From an uncultured Candidatus Binatia bacterium (GTDB lineage: Bacteria > Desulfobacterota > Binatia > UBA9968 > CAXXLF01): a DNA stretch of 64,000 bases. The stretch lies in contig OZ244621.1 of assembly GCA_965218425.1 (NCBI GenBank), positions 3,968,001-4,032,000 on the forward strand, in the 5' to 3' direction. Shown in pieces: positions 10,303 to 19,311 of this stretch (positions within the stretch are counted from its first letter, which is position 1; each line of letters opens with the position of its first letter). The notes under the pieces were generated by a model that was not told the origin of the DNA, did not search any database, and saw only the letters and a list, made by a program, of their open reading frames with translations. Both the position numbers and the translations under genes were made by a program.

Positions 10303-11727
10303 TTATAACCACTCCGCCATCTTCCACTTATCCCATGATTCGGTGCGCGCCGCGTCGCTAAAAAGATTGACAGGCGGAAAATCCTTGAGGCGCTCAAACG
10401 GCCTGCAACCATTTATGATGAGACGTTTGTACGGCAATGGACCCCGCCGACCCCTGTCCTCTACAGTTCGAAGAGGATCGAGGAGCCAGCGGGTTTGCGT
10501 GACGCTTACCCGGAGCCCGTTGGTGGGATCGAAACGCGTCCCCACAGCCCAAAGGACGTCCAAGGGATCTTCCGGATTGATGTCGTCATCCACTAGGATA
10601 AACAGCCGATTGGGGCCCTGCATCTTGTCCAGCGCTTTGATGATGTGATCCACGTCGTCTCCCTCTTCCTGGTGAACGGAAATAACTGTGGCCCCCATCT
10701 TGACCAAGCCGGTCACGCGGCGAACCGGAAGCCCCTGCCGTTCCAACCGACTCCACATACCCGTGACAGAACTCATGGGAAGCGAGAAAGAGTAGGCGTC
10801 GACGTGAGGCTTGAGCGGGGACGCACCAAACAGAATAGGATCTGTACGATGATACATGGCCCTCACATGAATGACCGGTTCAGGGACGGAGCCACCCATG
10901 TAATAGCCGGTCCATTCCCCAAAGGGACCTTCAGGCCTTGCCTCTGATTCGGGTGGTGGTATTTCCCCCTCAATGGCGATCTCGGAGTGTGCCGAAATGG
11001 GTATGCCCGTGAGGGGCCCTTCGATGATGGGAATCGGCTCATCCAAAATGAATCCTGCATAGTCATATTCAGGCACGCGCTTGGGACAACCCGTAGAACC
11101 CGAAGCGGTAAGAAAGATGATGGGTTCTGGTCCCAGAGAGATAGCCACTGGGCATGGCTTACCCGCCCGCCAGTATTTTTCCATAATGGCCCTACCGTCA
11201 TTGGCGGGCTCACAGAAAAGACCCGTGGTGTAGCGGTCGTGGAGTTGCAGCCGGTAGCTGCCCAGATTGACCCAGCCGGTGTCGGGGTCCTTCACCATAA
11301 CGGCAAGACCCGTTCCGATGTAAGGGCCACCATCCAGTTCATGCCAGACGGGCACCGGTATTTTTAACAGATCCACTTCTTCCCCATTGAGGACATTTTC
11401 CATGAGCGGACCGTTGTCTACTTTCACCGGCGCAATTGGTTTATACGCGTCCCATCGCTTCTTGAAACGTGACATGGCTTCGGCTTCAGACAGCTCGGGG
11501 TCCATGCCGATGCCGAGGAGAGATCGTCTCCTGGTGCTGCACACGTTCGAAGCCACGCGGTAATTTGGCGAGTACCCCTCAAATTTGTCGAACAGGAGAG
11601 CTGGTCCCTGACGTTGAAACGCCAGTTCTGAAATCACGCCAACCTCAAATTTTAGATTGGCGCCACTAATCTTTCGAAGCTCTCCAATGGTCTCAAGTTT
11701 GTCGAGAAACGTTCGTAAATCGAGCAT
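10303..11727 (-). CDS. UbiD-family decarboxylase
   Basis: MLDLRTFLDKLE start; NLGSYR, EGPFGEWTGYY, VDDDINP. Confidence 0.9.
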   Translation of the reverse strand: MLDLRTFLDKLETIGELRKISGANLKFEVGVISELAFQRQGPALLFDKFEGYSPNYRVASNVCSTRRRSLLGIGMDPELSEAEAMSRFKKRWDAYKPIAPVKVDNGPLMENVLNGEEVDLLKIPVPVWHELDGGPYIGTGLAVMVKDPDTGWVNLGSYRLQLHDRYTTGLFCEPANDGRAIMEKYWRAGKPCPVAISLGPEPIIFLTASGSTGCPKRVPEYDYAGFILDEPIPIIEGPLTGIPISAHSEIAIEGEIPPPESEARPEGPFGEWTGYYMGGSVPEPVIHVRAMYHRTDPILFGASPLKPHVDAYSFSLPMSSVTGMWSRLERQGLPVRRVTGLVKMGATVISVHQEEGDDVDHIIKALDKMQGPNRLFILVDDDINPEDPLDVLWAVGTRFDPTNGLRVSVTQTRWLLDPLRTVEDRGRRGPLPYKRLIINGCRPFERLKDFPPVNLFSDAARTESWDKWKMAEWL

Positions 11728-11745
11728 GAACTTAACCCCCTTTGG

Positions 11746-12846
11746 TTAGCCTTTCTCACGTTGCTTTCGAGCAACGGCATCATCAAACATACGGCGAATT
11801 TCAGGATCCTCGTCCTCATATTCGATCTGTGTTCCTCCCTCTTTGGTCGATTTCGAGACCCCTTCTCTCGTGGCCGCTTTCCTCACACCAAAAGGGTACT
11901 TCGCACTTCCGTTACGTAATGCCAATTGCCGGACCGGCCCTGGTCCGATATTGAAATGCTGATGAAACCAGCCAGTGGGTGGACTGAAGACGCTACCCAC
12001 CTTCCAGTCCACTCTTTCTACCCGATCTCCTCTCCCATCAGAGAATGGATGGATTCCAAGCTCATTGGGCCACATCAAGCTGTAACCTTCGGAACGGAGA
12101 ATAACCAATATGGCTCCCCCTCCATGGTGATGGGCTTTGGCATAGCGCCCACTGGGGAAATCAGTGAAATGACCGATAAGGCTGTTTTCGCAGATCTCGA
12201 ACTGTATATTCTGGTAACCGGAACCGCGCCTTTCATTCTCAGGAAGCGAAAGCTCTTTGGTGTCGGGAATAAAATTGGTTTCCCAGATCCACCCTGAGCG
12301 GTAAACTGATTGCGTCCTACGGTCCAAGGAAAAATAGTCCGCTTGTCCGCCATACCGGTCGGTAAACTTAAAGTCACAGTCAAAAACAAACTCTTCATTG
12401 TGAAACAGGTCAAAAACCAGCGGGGCGGAGGTGGTGGCCATGAAAAATGCAGGTTTTTTTCCTGTATTGACCATTCGATACTGGACGTTCAAAGGAAGGG
12501 CGAAGAGACTCCCCTCCCTCCAGTTAATTCGATTGGCCGCCTCCCCTGGACCAAGAATTTCGGTCTTTCCGACTCCCTCCGTGACGTAGACGATCTGTTC
12601 AAAAAGATGCTTCATAGGTTTGGTGGACTCTCCAGGAGGAATCTCACCCGCATAGATACCGGTAATTCCTTCCATTCCCTTCAGGTGTATGAAAGTAGCC
12701 TCGCAACCCAACCTTTCCCAATACCGCAAAGGGTGCTTGCGTAGGTCCGTTACACCCAGTCCATCTATGATGGGTATCCTCTGGGCCTCCATCCAATTTT
12801 CGTAAGGAGTCAAGTTCTTGGGCCTTTTTTTCTGTTCGGCGCTCAT
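11746..12846 (-). CDS. Bicupin protein (possibly gentisate 1,2-dioxygenase-like)
   Basis: Two cupin barrels: KHLFEQIVYVTEGVG and KAHHHGGGA...FSPPTGWFHQHFN. Confidence 0.75.
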   Translation of the reverse strand: MSAEQKKRPKNLTPYENWMEAQRIPIIDGLGVTDLRKHPLRYWERLGCEATFIHLKGMEGITGIYAGEIPPGESTKPMKHLFEQIVYVTEGVGKTEILGPGEAANRINWREGSLFALPLNVQYRMVNTGKKPAFFMATTSAPLVFDLFHNEEFVFDCDFKFTDRYGGQADYFSLDRRTQSVYRSGWIWETNFIPDTKELSLPENERRGSGYQNIQFEICENSLIGHFTDFPSGRYAKAHHHGGGAILVILRSEGYSLMWPNELGIHPFSDGRGDRVERVDWKVGSVFSPPTGWFHQHFNIGPGPVRQLALRNGSAKYPFGVRKAATREGVSKSTKEGGTQIEYEDEDPEIRRMFDDAVARKQREKG

Positions 12847-14081
12847 GGCTGATGGTCGCCCCTTTCAACCTCTAACGTCTTGCAGTAACTTTTCCAGTTT
12901 GTACCCTCTGGAATGACACCGTTAGTTCCAATGATGCTGGGAAACCGATTCTTGCCGGGATCTCTGACCACTCCCGGGGGATCATGTCCCTCCTGGACGT
13001 CTTGAATGGCTTTCAAGAGAACCTTCCTCGAGACCACGATGGGCGCGTCCGATGCCTCCATATGCTCTTGGGTCCTGTCCTGAATCGCACCCATGCCCTC
13101 TGTGGCGCACACATCCTGTATTTGGAAATTAACACCGATGCCGCTGTAACTCTCCGCCTTCATGGACGCGCGGTCCTGCATATACCGATTGGTCATATTT
13201 CGAACGGGCTTATAGTCATCGGTCATCTGGGAACGGCGCTCCTGAATCATTTTCATATCCAGGGGCTTTTCTCGATCGATGGTGAACGTATACTTCCAAT
13301 GATGAGTGTCATCCATAGGCACATGCCAGTTGGGGTATCCTCCAGGAACCACCGTAAAGTCCGGAAGAACGAAAGTAGCAACACGGATATAAGTTTTACC
13401 TGAATCCAGCTTGCGAATCCTGCCAATCCTCAGGCCCACGTCCACCAGTTCCGCTTCGCAGGTTTCCATACCCGGGAACGCACCCCTGCCGGACAACTCG
13501 GTTTGCCCTTCGGCCAAGTCCCTCTTGCTGTAATGTAAGAAAGGAACGTGAATGAGATCGATGTTTCCTTCGTTGCCCTGCAGGTAGTTACACTCGTGGT
13601 AAAGTTTGTTCACGGCCACCTGATTGTCAGGCAGTGTAAGAAAATCGTATTGGGGAAGTAGCGGCGGTTCTCCGGGTCCGAGATACGCAAAGATGACCCC
13701 GGCTTGCTCCTCGCAGGGATAGGCGGTGTGGCGGATGGAATCCTTATGTTCTCCTCCGCCAGGCTCTCCGGGCTGATCCAGGCACCGGCCCTGTCGGTCG
13801 TAGAGCCATCCGTGATAAATGCATCTCAACCCGCCATCCTCAACCCGGCCATAGCTCAGATCAGCACCCCTATGGGAGCAATGGATATCCAGCAATCCCG
13901 GACGCCCCTGATCATCACGGAAGAGCACGAGATCCTCCCCCAGCAACCTGACAGGTACAGGGGCTCCACCTTGAGGCAGCTCTTCGGACAGCGAAGCGGG
14001 CTGCCAATAGCGCCGCATGAGGGACCCGCAGGGTGTTCCAGGTCCCACCTGAGTCAGCAGATCGTTTTCTTCCTCTGTCAT
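12843..14081 (-). CDS. Rieske oxygenase, phthalate 4,5-dioxygenase-like alpha subunit
   Basis: Rieske CxH...CxxH motif; EGNIDLIHVPFLH; QD. Confidence 0.9.
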   Translation of the reverse strand: MTEEENDLLTQVGPGTPCGSLMRRYWQPASLSEELPQGGAPVPVRLLGEDLVLFRDDQGRPGLLDIHCSHRGADLSYGRVEDGGLRCIYHGWLYDRQGRCLDQPGEPGGGEHKDSIRHTAYPCEEQAGVIFAYLGPGEPPLLPQYDFLTLPDNQVAVNKLYHECNYLQGNEGNIDLIHVPFLHYSKRDLAEGQTELSGRGAFPGMETCEAELVDVGLRIGRIRKLDSGKTYIRVATFVLPDFTVVPGGYPNWHVPMDDTHHWKYTFTIDREKPLDMKMIQERRSQMTDDYKPVRNMTNRYMQDRASMKAESYSGIGVNFQIQDVCATEGMGAIQDRTQEHMEASDAPIVVSRKVLLKAIQDVQEGHDPPGVVRDPGKNRFPSIIGTNGVIPEGTNWKSYCKTLEVERGDHQP

Positions 14082-14105
14082 CGCATCACGTGAGCGTCAA
14101 GGGAA

Positions 14106-14333
14106 TCATTCATCGTGGCGCGGCCGGCTATTTTCCTTAAGAATGCCAACCTCCGAAGCCCCGTGCACCACCAACCTACCCTCCTTTTTGGCAGCCTCCA
14201 CGGTCTCGGACCAACCTCCCGCCTGGGCGGATGCGAAGCCAGCCAAACTGACGCACAAGAAAACCAAAGAGATAACACCCAACCGCATCACCCGAGAGGC
14301 ATTCCAGGCGTTATTCATTGGCTTAAAGATCAT
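14106..14333 (-). pseudogene. 5' remnant of a solute-binding protein
   Basis: Signal peptide plus WSETVEAAKKEGRLVVHG, then similarity is lost abruptly and the ORF stops after 75 codons. Confidence 0.75.
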
Positions 14334-14354
14334 GGTTCACCCTCTTTCGTACCC

Positions 14355-15812
14355 TTAATCGAATAGGTCTTTCCATTTTTTCATTATGTTCTCTCGGAAC
14401 TCGCGGCTATTGGCGCAAACGGGTGGAAAATCCTTGATCCATTCAAAGGGCCTGCAAGCATTGATCACAAGATTGTGAGCGTTGTAATGCTTTCTCCCCT
14501 CGTCCTTGTTCGGATCGGAACGCTCCTGCGGACGTAACCGAGGATCCAATTGCCAGACCGCCGTTCCAGGTATCACCCGAACCCCATGCTCCGGCAAACA
14601 CCTGCTGGCAATCGCCCAAAGAACCTCGTCGCTGTTTGAAACGTCGATATCGTCGTCCACTACGATCCAGGTTTGGTTTCCGTTGTACTGTTCGCCACCC
14701 GGAACGAGAAGCCGGATTACATCGCTGACATGCTCCGCATACATTTGCTTGATTGCCACCACATTCAGATGAGGCTTCGATAGGCCAAAGACCCTAGTCA
14801 CCCCCGGTATCGCTGCCCTATTCAGTTTTTCTATGGCCCGCATGTTGTCACCACCCAGGCTGGCAAAATACTCGCAGCCCACTGGCCGCGTAGGGGGCGC
14901 TCCAAAAATGACGGGGTCGTTACGGTGATAAATGGCCTTGACCTCGATGATAGTCTCCGGTCGCCTCCCGTGAGCATAGTAGCCTGTCCATTCACCAAAT
15001 GGACCTTCCGGCACAAGGGTATCCTGAGGCGATGGGATAAAACCTTCGATGGCTATCTCACCCCAGGCGGGCATTGGCAAACCGGTAAACTCCCCCTTGA
15101 TCACAGGATAAGGCGATTGATGAATGAATCCCGCCACCTCAAATTCGGAAACCCCTTGTGCAGCATAGTGGACTCTGGACCCGGAGAGCGAAGTGAGGAC
15201 CGGTTCTTGGCCCACGGATACCATGACCGGGCATTTCTCTCCCCGGTCCCAGTGCTTTCTCCGAATCATATCTCCATGCTTGCCATGCTCAATAAAAATC
15301 GCACAGGTTTTACGATCATGAACAGAAACACGGTAGGCGCCACAATTCACGAAGCCTGTGTCGGGATCTTTTTGAATGACACAAACGCCGGTGCCGATAT
15401 AACGGCCCCCGTCATTCTCGTGCCATTTGGGAGTGGGGAATTTGAACAGATCGATGTCGTCACCTTTGAGAACATTTTCGAGTATGGGGCCCGAGGTCAC
15501 CGTCTCCGGCGCCACCGGACGAAAGTTCCGCATCGTGGCTGCACTCCGTTCGGCCAATGCCTGTGGTGAGAGATCAGGGGGAAGCCCGAAGGCGATGGCC
15601 GTTCGTTTGGACGTATTGAATAGATTCGAAGCCACCCGATAGCCTTTGGGATAGCCCTTGATCTCGTCAAACAGCAGGGCCGACCCCCGCTTCTCTGTTA
15701 AAAGCTCCGTGATACCGCCGATGTCATCCTCCCAATCGGCCCCCACAACCTTTTTGAGTTCCTCCGCCTCCTCTAGTTTCTCCAAAAATTCACGCAGATC
15801 ATTCCACAGCAT
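14355..15812 (-). CDS. UbiD-family decarboxylase
   Basis: WNDLREFLEKLE; NCGAYR, GKHG, EGPFGEWTGYY, VDDDID. Confidence 0.9.
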   Translation of the reverse strand: MLWNDLREFLEKLEEAEELKKVVGADWEDDIGGITELLTEKRGSALLFDEIKGYPKGYRVASNLFNTSKRTAIAFGLPPDLSPQALAERSAATMRNFRPVAPETVTSGPILENVLKGDDIDLFKFPTPKWHENDGGRYIGTGVCVIQKDPDTGFVNCGAYRVSVHDRKTCAIFIEHGKHGDMIRRKHWDRGEKCPVMVSVGQEPVLTSLSGSRVHYAAQGVSEFEVAGFIHQSPYPVIKGEFTGLPMPAWGEIAIEGFIPSPQDTLVPEGPFGEWTGYYAHGRRPETIIEVKAIYHRNDPVIFGAPPTRPVGCEYFASLGGDNMRAIEKLNRAAIPGVTRVFGLSKPHLNVVAIKQMYAEHVSDVIRLLVPGGEQYNGNQTWIVVDDDIDVSNSDEVLWAIASRCLPEHGVRVIPGTAVWQLDPRLRPQERSDPNKDEGRKHYNAHNLVINACRPFEWIKDFPPVCANSREFRENIMKKWKDLFD

Positions 15813-15874
15813 TTTCAGTTTCCTTCTTTTGTGCGACCTTTTTGATTTCTATCCGTCCACGCTTCAAAACTGAT

Positions 15875-17173
15875 TCACCGGGCTGCCCTGGTATGCCATC
15901 CGGTCCCTTCCTGCTCCAGCTGATTGCAGTACTCTTTCCAATTCATGGAATCAGGCAGGACGCCATTGGTGGCTACAATCTCTGGAAATCGATTCGACTT
16001 CGGATCCCTGATCACATGGGCTGGGTCGCGCCCCTCCTTCACATCCTGTATGGCTTTTTGAATGACCTTACGGCACATAACAATGGGAGCGTCCGATACC
16101 ACGAGGTTCTCCTTGGTCCGATCTTGGACGATACCCGCCCCCTCAACGACGCATAGGTCCTGTGCGGCAAAATACTTCGGAGAGATGCCGCTATAAATGG
16201 TAGTTTTCATTGTCTCACGGTCCTGCAGATAGCGATTGGAATGATTGGCCACTGGCTTGTAGCCGGGAGCCAGCGCCAATTCGTTTCTCCGGTTCTCTCC
16301 CCGTCCGATGGCTTTCTCCCTGCTAAAGGCAATAATGTATTTCCAGTGATGAGTATCATCGATGGGGACATGCCAGTTCACTCCGCCACCGGGTATGACG
16401 GTAAAGTTCGGAAGCACAAATGTGGCGATCCGGATATATGTCCTACCCTCTCCCATGTCCCGTAGCTTGCAGATCCTGACTCCAAGGTCCAGCAATTGAG
16501 CATCGGTGGATTCCATGCCCGGATCCGGGCCCCTCCCCGTCAATGTTCCAGGGTTGCCGAATCGCTCCATGATCTGTTGGTACTCTTCGGGGTTCAACCT
16601 CTCCAGGTCTCTCTTGACAAAATGGACAAAGTTGTTGTGAATCAGGTCGATGTTGCCTTCGTTTCCCTGTAGGTAGTTGCATTCGGAGTAAAGCTTGTGG
16701 GCGGTTCGATGATCGTCGGGTACGTTAAAAAACTCATAGTTGGGAAGTAGAGGCGGGTCTCCGGGTCCCATGTAGGCAAAGACGATCCCTCCCCGCTCTT
16801 CGCAGGAGTAGGCAGGATGCCGAATAAAGCCTTTGTGTTCTCCCCCGCCGGGCTCACCTGGCTGATCGAGGCAGCGACCGTGAATGTCGTAGAGCCAGCC
16901 ATGGTAGATGCAACGCAACCCCCCGTCCTCCACACGGCCATAGCTCAAATCCGCCCCCCGGTGAGAGCAATGAATGCCTAATAATCCCGGCCGACCCTGA
17001 CCATCACGGAAAAGGACAAGATCTTCTCCCAGCAGCCGTACCGGTAAAGGAGCCCCCCCTTTAGGCAGTTCCTCCGAAAGGGCCGCCGGTTGCCAGTAGC
17101 GTCGCATGAGCTCCCCGCAGGGAGTCCCAGCTCCGGTCTGAGTCAGCAATTCATTCTCTTCTCTTGGAATCAC
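15875..17173 (-). CDS. Rieske oxygenase, phthalate 4,5-dioxygenase-like alpha subunit
   Basis: Rieske motif; EGNIDLIHNNFVH; AQD. Confidence 0.9.
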   Translation of the reverse strand: MIPREENELLTQTGAGTPCGELMRRYWQPAALSEELPKGGAPLPVRLLGEDLVLFRDGQGRPGLLGIHCSHRGADLSYGRVEDGGLRCIYHGWLYDIHGRCLDQPGEPGGGEHKGFIRHPAYSCEERGGIVFAYMGPGDPPLLPNYEFFNVPDDHRTAHKLYSECNYLQGNEGNIDLIHNNFVHFVKRDLERLNPEEYQQIMERFGNPGTLTGRGPDPGMESTDAQLLDLGVRICKLRDMGEGRTYIRIATFVLPNFTVIPGGGVNWHVPIDDTHHWKYIIAFSREKAIGRGENRRNELALAPGYKPVANHSNRYLQDRETMKTTIYSGISPKYFAAQDLCVVEGAGIVQDRTKENLVVSDAPIVMCRKVIQKAIQDVKEGRDPAHVIRDPKSNRFPEIVATNGVLPDSMNWKEYCNQLEQEGTGWHTRAAR

Positions 17174-17485
17174 TTCGTTGTACCTCCAAACTTGATCCCG
17201 ACGTTCCTCTCTAGGGATTCAGTAGCTTGAGTAAACAGAAAAAGCAACTTCCAAATAGGCGGGGGGGAGGGACAGCATTTGCGCCCCGGCTAAGCCTCGC
17301 TACTTATAGCGAAAAAGGAAGACCAGGACACGAGTTCCAAGGGGGCCTCGAGGCATGAGGCAAGGTATTTGTGGCCGGGACCGCTGAAGGTTATTGCCGC
17401 GTGGCGGGCGTTATCGCTGCTCAGTGGACAGCTTAACTCGTAGCAGGGGTCACCTTGAAGCGACCCGGGTTTCACGGACAGTTAA

Positions 17486-18304
17486 TTAAGCCACACGTTT
17501 GATCGAGTCATATGCCATTGGGGTGTGGTATCCCAACGACTCATGCTTTCTTCTTCGGTTATAAAACAGTTCAATGTAGTCGAAGATATCCGACCTAGCG
17601 TCCTGCCTCGTCTTATAATCCTGATGGTGTACAAGTTCATTCTTTAGTGAGCTGAACAAACTCTCGACCACTGCATTGTCGTAGCAATTCCCTTTGCGGC
17701 TCATGCTGCGCACCACCCCATGGCGTTTGAGCAACTCAACGTAGTGATTGCTAGCGTATTGGATTCCTTGGTCGCTATGGTGAATCAGCCCCGCCATAGG
17801 CTGGCGCTGTTCGATAGCCATCAGTAAAGCTTCACTGACCAACTCCTGTGTGGGACGTTGCTTCATTGACCATCCCACCACCAGCCGAGAGTAAAGGTCC
17901 ACCACTACCGCCAGGTATAACCACCCAGATCGGGTACCAATGAAGGTAATATCGGCCATCCATACCTGGTCGGGGCCTGACGCTTCGAAGCGTTGACGCA
18001 ACAAGTTCGGTGCCGGTGGCGCACTGTGACGAGCCTTGTAGGCCAATCGAAACCTTTGCACCCGACGCGTCTCTATCCCCACTAAACTCCTCAGCCTCGC
18101 CACCCCATGCTTCCCACATGTCACCCCCGCCTCCTTCAGCGTCAGCCATGTCTTGACTGCCCCGTACGCTTCCTTGTAGCTCTCGTGCACCTTGCGGATC
18201 TCTTTGATCACAACCTTATCCTGTGCTCTACGCCGAGACTCCCCTCGACCGCTCCAGTCGTAGTACCCACTACGACTGACCTCTAATACCTCGCACATCC
18301 TCAC
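17486..18304 (-). CDS. IS3 transposase OrfB (integrase core); the frame extends to ~18345
   Basis: WMADITFI, HHSDQGIQY, GNCYDNAVVES DDE motifs. Confidence 0.95.
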   Translation of the reverse strand: MRMCEVLEVSRSGYYDWSGRGESRRRAQDKVVIKEIRKVHESYKEAYGAVKTWLTLKEAGVTCGKHGVARLRSLVGIETRRVQRFRLAYKARHSAPPAPNLLRQRFEASGPDQVWMADITFIGTRSGWLYLAVVVDLYSRLVVGWSMKQRPTQELVSEALLMAIEQRQPMAGLIHHSDQGIQYASNHYVELLKRHGVVRSMSRKGNCYDNAVVESLFSSLKNELVHHQDYKTRQDARSDIFDYIELFYNRRRKHESLGYHTPMAYDSIKRVA

Positions 18305-18345
18305 TACCCTAAACTCTGTCCTGTGAGCTCGTATAAACGCGTACT

Positions 18346-18636
18346 TTACTTGAGCTCCTTGGCAAAGTACGCTGCGGCCTTTTTTAATATATCTCGTTGT
18401 TCCGTTACCCGCTCCAGCTCTCGCCTTAACCGTGCTACCTCATCGTTGTCTCTACCTCGACCTGTGCCGGGAAACGCAGCCGCCCCTTTCCTCGTCACTT
18501 GCTCCTGCCACTTGTACAGTCGATTGCGAGGTACTCCCAGTTCCCGTGCAATCTCCGCTGCTGGCCGAGCGCCCGCCTCCAGCAGTCGAACAGCTTCCAA
18601 CTTAAACTCTTGGGTGAAACGCCTTCGCTTGCCCAT
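18346..18636 (-). CDS. IS3 transposase OrfA (HTH)
   Basis: RRRFTQEFKLEAVRL...IARELGV...RDILKKAAAYFAKE. Confidence 0.95.
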   Translation of the reverse strand: MGKRRRFTQEFKLEAVRLLEAGARPAAEIARELGVPRNRLYKWQEQVTRKGAAAFPGTGRGRDNDEVARLRRELERVTEQRDILKKAAAYFAKELK

Positions 18637-19311
18637 CGAACACCTCCTGCGGGGATCTTGTCCCCTTTTTAGGTGTCCGTCAAACCTGGGCTACCTCACC
18701 TTTGGCGGAGTGAATGCGGGGCCACCATCTGCTTCGGTGGTAATGTTTCCAACCCGGAGGCCAAGCCGGCCAAGATAGTAAAGCCCAACCAAGGTGACTG
18801 GAATATATTGAGCGAGGTGGAAGTAGACCGAAGGGCCCAGAACGCCTACCTCTTCAGCGCCGAAGAAGCTCAAACTCACCTAGAAACAAAGCTGCACAAC
18901 CCCGAAAAATCCAGGGGCGGAAAGAGAAACGCCAAGAACACGGGTAGAGACGCATAGTTCGCCCGTTGGAAACTGACACGGATCTCATTCAGAACGATCC
19001 CCCACAAAACTCTACAACCAGACAGGTGAGCGTGACGGTAATGCCGATTCCGATCTTGAGTGTGCGGCTACGAGCGATGGTAGTTTCTCCTATAGAATCA
19101 GCGGATCATAACGATTTCGGATGCCGTGGACCGCCAGCAGGCTGCCCTGAGTGATTCCGGCAAAACTAAATTCATGAACTTAATAATACGCTCATCTTAG
19201 CACAAGGAAAACCGGTTTACCCCCGAACCTCTGGACGAAACTCTCGCCCTTGGCGGAAACAGCAATCAAGGTACGAGGTTAGGATTGAACAGAGAAGATG
19301 AGTTCGGCGTA

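Larger units (their letters stand above)
17456..18698 (-). mobile_element. IS3-family insertion sequence (1243 bp)
   Basis: Terminal IRs TGAAGCGACCCGGGTTTCACGGACA and TGAGGTAGCCCAGGTTTGACGGACA; 3-bp target duplication CCT (17453-17455, 18699-18701). Confidence 0.95.
17433..19080 (-). pseudogene. Decayed lysylphosphatidylglycerol-synthase TM/flippase-like (UPF0104) gene with internal deletion and IS3 in its last codons
   Basis: Fragments LKIGIGITVTLTCL, WGIVLNEIRVSFQRANY..PVFLAFLF and PGFFGVVQLCF*VSLSFFG...YFHLAQYIPVTLVGLYYL. Removing the IS restores the end PKVTPATS*. Confidence 0.6.
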
